DNA of 64,000 bases from Yuukianura sp. NJ FZ-2021 (taxonomy: Eukaryota): assembly GCA_046563655.1 (NCBI GenBank), contig CM102285.1:9920001-9984000 (forward strand). The letters run 5' to 3'. Shown in pieces: positions 51,616 to 64,000 of the stretch. Below the pieces are notes generated by a model. That model had not been told where the DNA came from and did no database searches. It saw only the letters and a list, made by a program, of their open reading frames with translations. Positions within the stretch are counted from its first letter, which is position 1. Each line of letters starts with the position of its first letter. The position numbers and the translations under genes were made by a program.

Positions 51616-51990
51616 TTAGTTTCCTATTCTTCTAGCGATGAAGCTCTTGGTATGCGCCATGTAGCGATTGGTTGTGGAACGAAGGGACTGCAGGAGCATC
51701 GCATCTCTGGTGACCTTTGAGGCACTGGCACGATGATTTCGGTCCATGTAGGACTTAAGTGCTCGTTCTTCCCAGAGCATTGGTTTGGGCATCTCAGGAT
51801 GTCCACCAGTAGCCCGTTCATTCAAGTAGTCGATCATTGGTCGGTAGTAGTTTGACCCGTAATCGTAGTTGTACTCGTACAGTTGACTTTTCGGACGCTT
51901 CCAATGTACGTTTGCCCTCACAGTTCTCTTTGGAGCTTCTCCGGCAAATGATCCTGCTGAACTTTCCAATTCAACTCCTCCGTCACCCAT
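51616..51990 (-). CDS. Small protein (~124 aa) with flightin/miniparamyosin-type WYR-like motif; putative thick-filament-associated muscle protein
   Basis: Acceptor TTTTTCAG precedes 52002, with ATG at 51990. The motif HWKRPKSQLYEYNYDYGSNYYRPMIDYL...PKPMLWEERAL resembles the WYR domain (W.RP...Y...Y.Y..NYY...IDY....P.P..W.ER.L). A probable upstream UTR exon lies at 52808-52504. Confidence 0.8.
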   Translation of the reverse strand: MGDGGVELESSAGSFAGEAPKRTVRANVHWKRPKSQLYEYNYDYGSNYYRPMIDYLNERATGGHPEMPKPMLWEERALKSYMDRNHRASASKVTRDAMLLQSLRSTTNRYMAHTKSFIARRIGN

Positions 51991-54900
51991 TGCTAGTCGG
52001 ACCTGAAAAATAAGTAAATCAAAATATAAATAACAATAATCAACAGCAAAGTTTAGAGCTTTGTAATTCAATTTTGAGTGAAAGCGAAAAATTGATATTC
52101 GCTGAAGGTCGAATCTTATGGTAGCTTTATAAAATCAAAGCGCTGATTGTGTCTACCTTATACTTTAGAATTAAGTTAGCTTTCTAACTTTCTCCTCACT
52201 GTAATGGAGTGGTAATTGTGTTATGAGAATTTCATGCTTCTATTATTTGCACTACTTGTTAGTTTGGAAAAACTTCAACAAAGCAGAATTTGCTAGTTTG
52301 ATTGCAGTCTACAAATTACGTTTAACTTCTAAATTACAAATTGATCTCTTCTGTTTAGTCTTGTTAAAACTACCGTAACTCGCTGCTAATATTAAGGTTA
52401 AGCTTATCTCAAGTAAAGATGTTTGTTTTATGTGCATTTTTTTAGTTTTCAAAAATTTTTGCGAAATGAAAATTTAGTATGGTTTCCTTAAATTAGTACT
52501 CACCTGAGAGGATGTAGGTCTCGTACGAAGTCAAGAAGCGGATGAAGGATGTAGTTTTCGCTGTCTGTGAGATGGGAAGACGATTCGGATGAAGTAGAAG
52601 CAGAGACGGATGTATTTTCCACACTGCCGCGTCTTTTTAGTCCTCCGAGATTTATTGGGCTCAAATCTATGACTATTTCGACGAAGGATTTAAGCAGTAA
52701 AAGTAAAGCTGGAGGGAACCCGGGGGAGAGCCAGTTCGGATTCAGATCTACCGAGAAAGTTTATGGAGGCAGGCCATAACTAATAGGGGACATCTTCACG
52801 AGTACCATCTAAAACATAGAGATCAGCACAAAAAAAAGTTGGATAGAATTGGGAACTTTAGCATTACTTTTTCCAAAATGGCATCATGACTTTCCTAATG
52901 CCAAGAAACAAAAACTTGGGGAGAGTTGTGTTTTTTTATAAGTCTCGGATTAGATTTGGTTTTTTTAAGAAAAGAAGCGAAAGGAGAATGAATGCTCAGG
53001 ATTCCGGCACTGCTAGTAACTACTAACTTTTTGAAATGATCTAAAGAGATTCCTATCAGACTATAACATATTTCCCCTGTAAGATCCATGTCATCTCCAG
53101 TAGCGCCTTTGTTCACTAATGCCAAATTGTTTCAAAACCACACCAGAGTTGGTTTCGAACGTCACGGGCATCTTCTGGGCCAAGAAAAGTGTTTCAAGAT
53201 CACTTGAACTTAGGCTTTGTGCTAAAGCGGGTTTCAATTGTGGAAATGAACACCAAAAAATGTTACTTATAAAGTGGAATTTTTCATTGTTTAAAAAACG
53301 GTCCATTTGTTTGTTTTAAAACATTTGGCTTCACTCACTGCATTTTTCTTCCAACACGCGTCCTCCAAAAGTCGGGCAATATAAAAGCTTCAGTACAGAA
53401 CATAAATTCTGATTTGAACTTTAAATTTGTTACCATCAAGGCGAAAAACACAATTAGCAAATTTTTCATACGCTAAAAGCAGTCAAAGTCTTAGCCTTTT
53501 CATTTCATCTAGACAAAGAGAAGACATTTCACTTTTCAAAAGGAATGTAAAAAAAAAAAAATGAAAATCTTAGATATCGTTGCGAAATTTGTGAAAATAA
53601 AAGTAACCATTTTGAACAATGCCCTTTAGATGTTTAGTTTGAAGAAAGTTTGTAGTTGTCATCTCGTAATAGAGCATTAAAGCCCCAAAAAATTATAATG
53701 ACTTGTTTCCACAGGTTTTATTTCATAATTCATAGATTTTTACTTTTTAAAACAAAATATTTTTGAAATTTAGTTTTTGAAGTTTGTTTCAAAGCTAATT
53801 TGACTTACTCTAGCCGTCTAGACTGAATTCCAAGTTACATAACTAGAGCACAGAGGGATGGCAATCATGGAAGTCCTTGGAGCGTAGAGAAAACAAAAGG
53901 ATTACTGGAATTTTGGCAATGTTTTGTAATCCATTGTCTCATTTTAATTAACATTACCAAGTCTCCATGTCTTTGGACGCTTCAAAAGAAGAGAATAAAT
54001 CCGCAACTAATTGTGTTCAGGAGCCTTTGCCAATTGGACTCAAACAAGAATTTTGAAGGTCAAAGATCAAAAAGAGAGCTGTACAACTGGACGTGATGTA
54101 GTCTTGGTCAAACTTAGGTGCCTTCGGGTGATGCAGCAATTCAATTAATTGTTAAAAATAACAAATCAGATACAGACAATTATTTGACGCTTACACAATA
54201 CTCAAACGACACTAGATTATAATTTGCCTCCGGACTTTCCTTCCTTTCATACGCATTAAACATTCAAGCATTGGACCAGACGCATATACACTCGCAACAG
54301 TGTTAAGCAGTTGGAAAATTAATTCATCAGTTTCCCATTTTCGGCAATCCTGTACTGTACTCGGAAAGCCATTCATTTTGAGTATTTTTGTTCGTTTTGC
54401 TGCGAGCTGTTCAAATGATATGCTATTCAAACAGGAAAACAGGATTGACTTTAGCACGCTTTTAGAAAACAAAATTGATGTAACCGGATTGGCTTGACGT
54501 GTGGGACAGGCGGTTAGGTTTATTTCTAGATTTTCATTGAATTGGTTTGGTATATATTTCCGTTTTAATTTTTATTTCTTCAAAACGCCTAAGGACATGA
54601 ACTTCCGGGTACTTTAAACATTTAAGTCTGTGTTATGATTTTATCAATGATAAATAAAGAACTGCACTAAAGTTAGCATATCATAGACAGAGTTATGGTG
54701 GTAAATTGTTACGATAATTTAACATAGATTTCCCAATCGCCTATAGCTCATAACGTCAAGATTAATCTACGATGTACTTCTATAAATAAATTTACACTTT
54801 CTACACAGAGCTTCAGCTTTAGATTCTAAACTTTTTGGCAAGAAGAATTTAAGCACTATTCAGCTAATCTAACAGACTAAGAGCTTAAATTCAAATACGA

Positions 54901-55106
54901 AAATTAATTAAATTAATTAATAGACTGCCTCCCACATGCACTAGTTGTAACACATTTTAAGCGTTAAATTAGCCTTAAGCCTATCTTTCACCGGTAATCT
55001 GAGGTGCTATGCAAATGCAACTTGAAATCCTAAGAAAAACAACAATTCGCCTTTGCAGAATTTGAAAAGTTACTTTCATTGTGCTTTCTTTTGAAGTGTT
55101 GGTTGT

Positions 55107-56203
55107 TTAATCTGTATCAAACGTAGTTTTGACAGAGCGTTTAGAAATTCTGACGCTCTTGGTTCCTCCAGTAGTTGCTGGAGTGGAATCAAAATCATCA
55201 AAGTAAGATTTCGTCTGTGTGGGAGCCAGTTGGAAGTCATCTTCCATAGCTTCTGCAATCCTTGCCTTCGCTCTAGCTCGAATTCTTTCAATTTTTGCTT
55301 CTGTCGATTCCGGTAGTGCTTCATTAGCAGTTCCAAAATCCAAATCTTCCTGTCGATTCGTTCGAAGTTTTGAGCGAAGCTTTGAAGCTTCTCCAAACTT
55401 GTCCGCTTCACGTTTCATTTCATCCATTAGCTCATCTGCAGTGGCCGAAGCATCAAATCTGCGTCCGCTCTTTGTTTTAAATGAATCTTCATTCAGAAAA
55501 TCCTCGGCTGCTGCCCTGGTATTTCCGTCTTTTCCTAGCCTTTTCCCAGCTCGACTTTGAAAAAACTCATCATCAAATGGATCTTCCAATCCCCTGAATC
55601 CTCTTGGCTCACTTTCATTTCGTCCAGAACCAAATCTGGAACTACCTTGACCTCTAGCCCCAGCTCCAGCACCGGCAGCATCCAGTAGTCGATCTCCAAA
55701 AGAAAATCGAGATTTTCCAAAATCACTGAACTCATCATTCGGGTTGATCCGGGATCTTCCAAATTCAGTATCTTCAGATGGACCAGTACGCGTAGCAAAT
55801 CTTTCACTTGGACGACCAGATCTTCCGAACAACTCATCCGTCAACGACGTTTTTCTGGGTAATGTCCCATAACCTGCAGTTCCGTACGATCCGTACTAGA
55901 CAAACATGAAAATTTACAAAACATCGTTACTTTTTGTGGTTCAAAAATGTTATATAAAAGAAGTAGACTGTGAAATCACAAAGTCCAGAAGTAGAGAAAA
56001 GAGAAAGTTTGTTTGACAGTTCTCACGATGGGATCTTCCGCAAATCTTTCAGCAAAAGTTTTTGCCTTAGGTGGACTTCCGGCCCGACCGTGGGATCGTA
56101 GCTCAGCATGCTGCAAAAGCGGCTTGTAGTAATGCTCGCCTAAGTTGTAGTTGTAGTCATAGACACGGCTTGGTTTCTTGTAGGTGGGTCTGCTCCGAGA
56201 CAT
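55107..56203 (-). CDS. ~321-aa protein with N-terminal WYR-like motif and charged low-complexity/coiled-coil tail
   Basis: Exons 56203-56027 and 55895-55107 (GTGAGA donor, TCTAG acceptor, phase 0). The N-terminal YKKPSRVYDYNYNLGEHYYKPL...PPKAKTFAER aligns without gaps to the neighbouring WYR-like protein from the first YxYNY onward. Confidence 0.8.
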
Positions 56204-58296
56204 TCTTTACCTTCTATGTAACAAATTCCTTTCTAAGCAAAATGGAGGATTCAGTTGCCTTAAAAGCTTAAAAACTGAAATCTTTCTTACCTTTGTTGCT
56301 TTTGGTTTGCGAAATTCCAAATTCCAGAAACGCTGGATCCCTTTCGTACTGTACCGGCAAAAGAATTCGAAATTCCAAAATTTTGATGAGAAGCCCGGCG
56401 AAGATGAGCTTGTTCAATGAATCTTGAAATTTTTGGGCTTTGATATTTCTCCACCCACAGCCCACACTAGTTAGGCTAGAAATAGATTTTGATCAACCTA
56501 TCTATCGGGCCTAATGGCTTTTACTATATTGAACTTGCAGATTAAGCGAAAGAAACGAATTCCTCGAAGAATGTGTCGTGCGTAGAGCCTGCCTGTAAGC
56601 ACCGTGTCAAAAGATCTTGCTGGTTCAGATCTTAAAATAAGTCCGAGTTTCCCTAACAAGCTCTAGTCAAATTGGGCTTCCATTCAAGATTCTTCGTCTA
56701 GAAAAAAAGAGGACCGAAGGAAATGTTATTTTCGTTCTGTTCAACCCGTTGTTGGCGAAAAAGCGACGGAGAATCTGCAAAAAGTGTCTAGCTGTGCCAA
56801 GTTTGGGATCTTTTGAGCAAGGGCTTTGGATGTGTAGTGTATGAGACAGTGATATGGATAACAATCTATGTGCGAAAATACGGATTCGGATATTCCTTAT
56901 TGGAAGATTTCAAAAGTTTTCTTCCCCGATTCCATAATATCCCGTAGAAATTTCTTTTAAACATGCATGCAACTTCAACTTTCTTGGCCAAATGCTGTGT
57001 GCATCTAAAATCTCACTATTTAATGTACGGATTTGAATCAATTTTGGCAAACGTATCATTTTATGAGTGCTGTTGCAAGGCTCAGTGAGCCTTTAACAAA
57101 TCTTGGTAGTGGGCTGCTCGGTAGCTAACGTAGCTGCTACCGGCATCCTTCCTTCTGACTTTCTCAACCAGAATAATAAAGTTTGCCATTACAAGAAGAA
57201 GCCCTTGCTCCATGAGTACTTTTAGTAGGTTCTGCATTCAATTTGAAAAGACGGCACAAGACAAAGGGCTTTGGGTCAGATCCATGATATACTGGGCCAT
57301 TAACTCCCGGGAAAATTAGCCTAGTCTTCCTGTCCACGGACAAGATGAAATGTGGAGCAAGAAAGCCATCCGCCGTCATCTATCTCCCAACCGCTTTTGT
57401 CTGTGTCCTAGCGTTGGTTTTAAATTAAACTACAAAAGACATATCAAATGTCAGACTTGAAGATATTGGGAGCCAGAAGGAGAGGAAGAGTAATGGATTG
57501 ACATAACTAATCCTTATCCGGCTTCCATAACTTGGTGAATGACTGGGAACTTGCCAACAAATTGAAGGATATACAAGCGTATTTTCTTTTGCAAAACAAA
57601 CGTTACATAATCGTTTGTCAATTAAGTAAAGCTCAAATAAAAGTTTAACAAAGTTGAACTTTTGAAGTTGAGGAGAAAGTAGGAGAAAGGAAGACATTAG
57701 AAACGAAGCGTCTCTGCAAAAGATTGGAATTGGCAAGCCCGCCATCTATTGAAATTGTGAAACAACGAAATTCGAAAAAGGGCGGGAAGAAGAGAGCAGT
57801 CAAAATCATTTTCTGCACATGCAAAATTTCCAATTTGGAATTGAATTGGCAAATTTTCATGTTTGCTAATTCTTGCCCGTTCCTTTCCCTTTCGCCTTTT
57901 GGTTTGGAATTTGGTTTCGATCTTTAGATGCAATTGCTGTTGTTGGAGTTTGGTTGCAGGTCACGTCACGCTTTCCATACCACGAGGTCAAAGGGTCAGG
58001 TCGGGTAAAACAATTTGGGAGCTAACTTCTAGGAAGACGAGACGGATATTGTCAGTTTGTCACTTCTGCGTGTTCGGACTCTGAGTGACCTTTGTTTTGG
58101 TTCGATCACGCCAAAGACGAAAGACACGACAGGGCAACGAAAGAACGGTAAGACAGAAATCGATTTTGACTGCGAATGTTATTGAAAAGAAATTCCGAGA
58201 TGTACTAATTTGTGTGTTCAATTTAGTTTCAGGTTCCGTTGAAAGAGAACAAAAACGCAGAAGAGAAGGTGTGCGTAATACGGGTTACGCTAAGTT

Positions 58297-61039
58297 ATGG
58301 CTACACATCATCGTAGAGCCACGGTTGGACTTTGGTTGCCGAGTGTAACTAATATCAAAGAAGCCCTGCTGGAATTACGAGATCATGAGTAAGTTGTTAC
58401 TGCTTGTTTACAATTTATATCTTCCCGATTTGTAATATTGTGGAATTCGAGGAGCTGGGAAATTTTTTTTAGTAAAAGTGTAAATTCAATTGCTTAGATT
58501 CGGATACCTGTGCGTCAACATTGTTCAGCCAGAGAAGCTAGCAGTCCAGCTTAATGAAGATATCAACGCTCCTCTAAAGGAGGCTTTCAGCTGGAATGAC
58601 TTGGCAATATCATCTCATGGTCAGTTTTAACATCGGTTTACGTTTAATTTCGATTGGTAAATAGTTTTATGTACCTTATAGAGTGGAGGTCAGGAGTGGT
58701 CGGAATTCTTTCTGACGTAAACGAAGAGCTGCAAAGTGAAGATCAGCGACGATGGAAGAAAGCCTGCGAATTAATTAATCAGCAAACCAGTTACGCCCTC
58801 CATCTTACTCTTCCGGCGATAATTATAGATCTATCGAAACCAGCCGAGTTTGTCAATCTTGCCAACCTAATCAACACAAGGCTGAACAGCAGTATGAAAA
58901 CTACGACTGCGGTAACGCGCTTAACTAAACCAAATTGGCCCAAATAATACTACATACTATCACAATTTTTGCGTTTAGTTTTGGGTGAAAGTTCCGATCG
59001 GTAAACGACCAAGCCAAGAGGATGGAGGGGATAATGTGGAAGAACGGCATCCGTGGAACATGTAAGTGACAATTGACCTATCTGTATACATTGTTGACGC
59101 CTATATTTGACACAAGACAATTGGGAATTTATGTTGTTTGTAGATGGAATGACTTCCGAACTCTTTGCGAATTCCGGAAAGAAGTTGTTCCCGTGCTGGA
59201 AATACAAAGTGACCTTCCTAGTGCTGAAGTACTCGATCGATGGCTTGGTGAACCAGTGAAAGCGATTTTCATTTCAGCAGGTACTCATAACTATCACTAA
59301 CCACATTATAAGTTCAGAAAGTTCTGAGTTCACAACTAAGAAACTGACCGATAGTATGCGAACTTTACGATTTTAGATACCTTTCTGACAAATGCCGAGG
59401 GATTTCCATGTCTCAGTAAAGCTCATCAAAGGATCGTCAAGAAGTTTATAAAGCTAAAATGTCAAATTGTGATTCAAGTGAACGATTTCTTACCAAATTT
59501 GAAAGCATATTCTCGCTATGTTGACTTCCTTCATACTGCTGCAAGGGTAAGAGTGACACTATAAATCCGATACAATCAGCGAATCAGCCTACAAATCAGA
59601 TAATCTTTTCAATATCCATTTTTTCTCGCTTCAGGAGCAGCATACAAATGCACCGTACGATGTAGAAGCCTGTGCCTCTGGTTATGAGGACTTGCTTCAA
59701 GTACCATTACAGCCTCTTCGCGATCATTTAGAATCAGGCACATACGAAGTATTTGAGAGGGATCCAATCAAATATTCGATGTATGAAGATGCAGTTTACA
59801 AAGCTATTTTGGAACGTCCGGATACTGGAAAGCTGTAAGGCAAATGGAAATAATTGACATAAAAGACATCGAAATCGAATATCTTACAAAAATATACTCT
59901 AAATATTCTAGTATTATCATGGTTGTTGGAGCTGGACGAGGGCCACTCGTCGTACGTAGCCTTGCGGCTGCTGCCAAAGCCAGGCGTTCTTGCCACGTTT
60001 ACGCTGTCGAGAAGAACGCTAATGCTGCAAATACTTTGTTTCATAACAAAACAAGATTTTGGGGAACCTGTGTTACAGTGGTGTGTGCTGATATGCGGGA
60101 GTACAATCCACCGGAACTGGCTGACATGATTGTTTCTGAGCTGTTGGGGTCACTGGGGGACAACGAGCTTTCTCCAGAATGCCTCGACGGGGCACAACGA
60201 TTTCTGAAACGTATGACACTTCATATGCTTGTTGTAACTTTTTACAGCATGGAATTCAATTGCAGTAACTGCTACTTTAATACTTCTAGCCGACGGAGTG
60301 ATGGTTCCAAAGAATTACACATCTTTTATCGCTCCTTGTATGTCGATAAAATACTACCAGGACATTTCTGCTCATCCAGATATTTCGAAGCCCAAATTCT
60401 CCAGCTTCGAGACTCCTTATATCGTGCACATGTGCAACGTTTATAACATTGCTCCGCCACAAAAGCTGTTTTACTTTTCACATCCAAATTACGGTAATAT
60501 TAACTATCGTATGTCCTCAAAAATTGACTCGGAGCTGTGAAAACTTCTTACCAAGTTTTGAATATGTTCAATTTCGTTGTTCAAGAGTTGAATAGAGTTG
60601 AATTAGTGTGAATATGTTTTGTTTTTGTAGAAGCGAACCATTCCAATGACAGGGTCAAAACGCTTCAGTTCAAAGTCCCTCAAGACTGTATTCTCAATGG
60701 GTTTTCTGGATACTTTGAGTCCATATTGTACGGCAATGTTCGTATGAGCATTCACCCAAAGACTCACTCGCCAGGAATGTTCAGCTGGTTTCCACATTTC
60801 CTGCCGCTACGCGTATGTTCTGTAAAGTTGACATTGGATTAGTACAAAGTGTAACTGATACTAGGATATTTGATCCGCAGGAACCCGTGAAACTTACGAA
60901 GGGAGACACAGTGACGGCTACATTCTGGCGCAAATCTTCTAAAACTGGAGTTTGGTACGAATGGACAATCACCACACCCAAAGCGCTTGGAATCCATAAC
61001 GCAAATGGAAGATCTATATCTGGAGTGATGGAATTATAA
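58297..61039 (+). CDS. PRMT5: Protein arginine N-methyltransferase 5 (capsuleen/Dart5 ortholog), ~625 aa
   Basis: Eleven exons splice in frame: 58297-58388, 58498-58619, 58682-58911, 58979-59061, 59144-59280, 59377-59546, 59635-59834, 59912-60210, 60290-60493, 60631-60812 and 60881-61039. Motifs: [39 protein letters not shown], double-E loop [25 protein letters not shown] and VWYEW. Confidence 0.97.
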
Positions 61040-61677
61040 TTTGGAAGACTTAGCGTAACTAATCAAGTATTCTCTATCCAATTCGGGTTAGCTACATGAA
61101 CTACATGGTTTTCAGTTTTTTTTTACGAAGACGACGTACTGTTTTATTCTAGTATAACTTGTTTAACACATTATTATTGTTATTTAATAGTTTCTGTCAT
61201 TATGTACTAAATAAAAGATACCGGCGTTAGCTAGGAACCTGTCCTGAGCATGCATTATTTTTACAGCCAAAGTTTTTTTGAAAGGTAGTGCAAGGTTGTT
61301 AAAAGTTAAAGTTTGCCCTTGTTCTTAAGTTTTTCTGATTGATATGTAGCTTCAATAAGGCTTACGTCTGATTATAGTGGCAATTTTTTGTAGCTTAAGT
61401 GCTGCAAGCTCACAATAAACATGTCAAATGATCTGGCAATACTAAATAAGCATTACTAAATAAAAATAAAATCTGGATCAACAGGTTAAATTTTTGAAGT
61501 TAAAGTTCTAAAAAGAAATCTAAGTTCTAAGACTCTATTACTAGTAATATCGCCATGATTGGTTAAGTCTACTTTTTAGTCATTTGTCTATGATGAGAAA
61601 CTAAGTTCGTTACGTTTCACTACATCAATGACGCGACGGTCCTTCGATTTACGTTTCCAGTTTACAGCTTGTATCAT

Positions 61678-64000
61678 TTATAGCTTGGGCTTATGCTCCA
61701 GAAGCAATTGAATGACACTTTCATCAGCCAAGGTCGAGATGTCGCCTAAAACAAGACGCGCGTTTAGCAAACTATTTTTGACACCACTTAAATTGTTATC
61801 CAGCCATCCTTACCAAAATCGTCATCATCAGCAGCAACTTTCCTCAGAACTCGTCGCATTATTTTTCCACTTCTGGTTTTCGGAAGTGCTGGAGCCAGTT
61901 GAATCACTTCCGGAGTCGCAAACGCACCGATTTTCTCACGCACTGCACCACAATGAAATTAAACCTTTGAGTAATTATTAAAGTATATGTTCATTGCGTC
62001 AGCTCACCTTTGAGTTTTAGCTCTTCAACGACAGTGCTATTAAATTCAAATCCATTCCGGAGTGTTACAAAGCAGTAAGCCACCTCTCCTTTGACGTCAT
62101 GATAAGCAGCTACCACAGCACTCTCTGCCACAGCTTTGTGTTCGATTAGAGCCGATTCCACTTGTGCAGTGGAGAGCAAATGACCCGAAACATTCAGCAT
62201 GTCATCTACTCGGCCAGTAATCCAGAGATACCCATCTTCGTCTCGACTAGCACCTGAATATGAATATAAAAGACAGACATTATGATGAGTAGGCAATTCA
62301 AAGTGAATGCACGGTCAAACTGAATCCAAAGTTCCTACCGTCACCAGTCAGGAAGTATCCCGGAAACTTTGTAAAATAAATGGTTTCAAATCTGGCGTGA
62401 TCGCCATAGACGGTTCTCATGAGACTTGGCCAGGGTTGCGAAAATACAAGATAGCCTTCCCCTGAAAACACAATTCAGAAGATAACCAGAGAATTAAGTT
62501 TCTCTAAAACATTACAATCTATAGGATCCATACCTGGCCCTTCGATAACATTCCCCTCTTCGGTCAACAGCGCTGGAACAACTCCGAAGAATGGAAATGT
62601 AGCGGAGCCTGGTTTAAGGGGAATTGCTCCTGGAAGTGCAGTGATGACATGTCCCCCGGTTTCGGTTTGCCAAAACGTGTCAACAATGGGGCAGTTTCCA
62701 TTTCCCACGACATTATGATACCAAAGCCAACTGCAAAAGACGATTACACATGATATTTACAGAACACGAAGTGACATAAGAGTAAGAACGAAGTTTTAAC
62801 AGCACTATTCGACTTACGCTTCTGGATTGATGGGCTCCCCAACAGTGCCAAGGGTCTTCAGTGAGCTGAGGTCATGCCTGTAAAATAAAGCACATTTAAG
62901 GAAATGCGTAATAGTGAATTACTGCCAAAATGTACTTCTCTTGCATACTTTGTTACTGCCGCGTCTCCAAATTTCATTAAAGAACGTATTGCCGTCGGGG
63001 CAGTGTAGAATTGATTGACTTTGTATTTCTCGACGACTTCCCAGAATCTTGATTCCGTAGGGTGAAACGGAGTACCCTCAAACTAAAAGATAGAAAAATC
63101 TGTTGAAAGTGGGGTGAAAAAATTGGTAGTCAATTTTACCATTATGGATGTTGCGCCGTTGGCCAGTGGACCATACAATAAATAGCTGTGTCCTGTAATC
63201 CACCCCACATCGGCAGTGCACTGAAAATGAAATACGTTTAGGGGTAAGTTACGTACAATTCCAGCAAAGCCAACCTAAGCCACTAATATTTACCCAGTAG
63301 ATGTCTCCAGGATGGTAGTCGAAAACGTACTTGAATGTCGTTGCTGTAAAGATCATGTAACCAGCGGTTGAATGAAGAACACCCTGAAAAGCAATGTTTA
63401 GATTTAAATTAAACGAAGATAGTACAGTGTATTTACTAAGGTATCAAATCATACCTTGGGTTTCCCGGTAGAGCCGCTATAAAAGAATTAAACAAGATCA
63501 GTTTACTTTGAAATGAGAAGTATTTTTTAGATATTCTTCAATTAAAAGTAAAGTAATTAATTACCTCGTGTACAACATAAACAGTGGATCCTCCGCGTCC
63601 ATCCATTCGGGTTTACATTCTTCTTCAGCAGACTCCATTAATTCGTGATACCATTTGTCCCGAGTTTTATCAAATGGAGACTCATGGTCGTATTGCTTTT
63701 TCTTTCTTGGAGACTCGTTGCCAGCCTGCTTGCCAAGGTTCACTGCTAGACGAGGTAGATGCTTCACTACGACGCAATGCTCAATTGTGTGGCCTCCATC
63801 AGCACAAACTTTGATAGCCTATCAGAACAAAGGTTCGGAGTTTAACGATTAATCTATGAAAGCTCTTGGATTTTTTAAAAAGAGTGTTTGCCTGATCAGC
63901 TATTTCTTTCAGGATGATAATTTTATTCCCTCTCCAGACTCCATCTGCAGTGACAAGCACTTTGCACTTCGCGTCCAACATCCTGTCTCCAAGTGATGCA
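61678..64000 (-). CDS. ACSS2: Acetyl-CoA synthetase (ACSS2/AcCoAS-like), 5' part outside the window
   Basis: Multi-exon. Motifs: [83 protein letters not shown] and [16 protein letters not shown]. Stop TAA at 61680-61678. Confidence 0.95.

Noticed and set aside
54152..56485. MEF2-like A/T boxes around the WYR-like genes (TTAAAAATAA at 54152, CTATAAATAA at 54780, CTAGAAATAG at 56476)
   Set aside because: Consistent with muscle genes but expected by chance in AT-rich DNA, so not supportable without conservation data.
59660..59780. Possible loss of the PRMT5 product-specificity Phe (sequence reads VEACASGY where human has YELFAKGY)
   Set aside because: The specificity residue (human F327) is in TYEVFE, which is conserved here along with the double-E loop. 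The Cys replaces a different Phe.

Overview
AT-rich, intron-rich eukaryotic nuclear DNA, probably from an arthropod. A pancrustacean is inferred from the flightin/WYR-type motifs and the 26/29-kDa proteinase. No rRNA, tRNA or CRISPR features were found. Spliced gene models were built by hand from GT-AG junctions and protein recognition. In order they are: an unidentified 3' fragment at the left edge, GAS8/DRC4 (+, apparently C-terminally shortened), DNAL4 (+), UFD1 (-), an orexin/allatotropin-receptor-like neuropeptide GPCR (+), DSCC1 (-), a type I membrane protein with SUEL-lectin/CUB/CCP domains (+), a 26/29-kDa cathepsin-L-like proteinase (-), two tandem genes sharing a flightin/miniparamyosin-type WYR-like motif (-), PRMT5 (+) and a 5'-truncated acetyl-CoA synthetase (-). 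Repeats include a 974-bp foldback element with an 8-bp target duplication, four copies of a ~200-bp Tc1/mariner-type MITE family and a few micro-tandem repeats. The most interesting items are the tandem WYR-like gene pair, the SUEL domain split by a ~200-aa insertion, the truncated GAS8 beside DNAL4, and the foldback element. Family calls rest on remembered motifs, not database searches.
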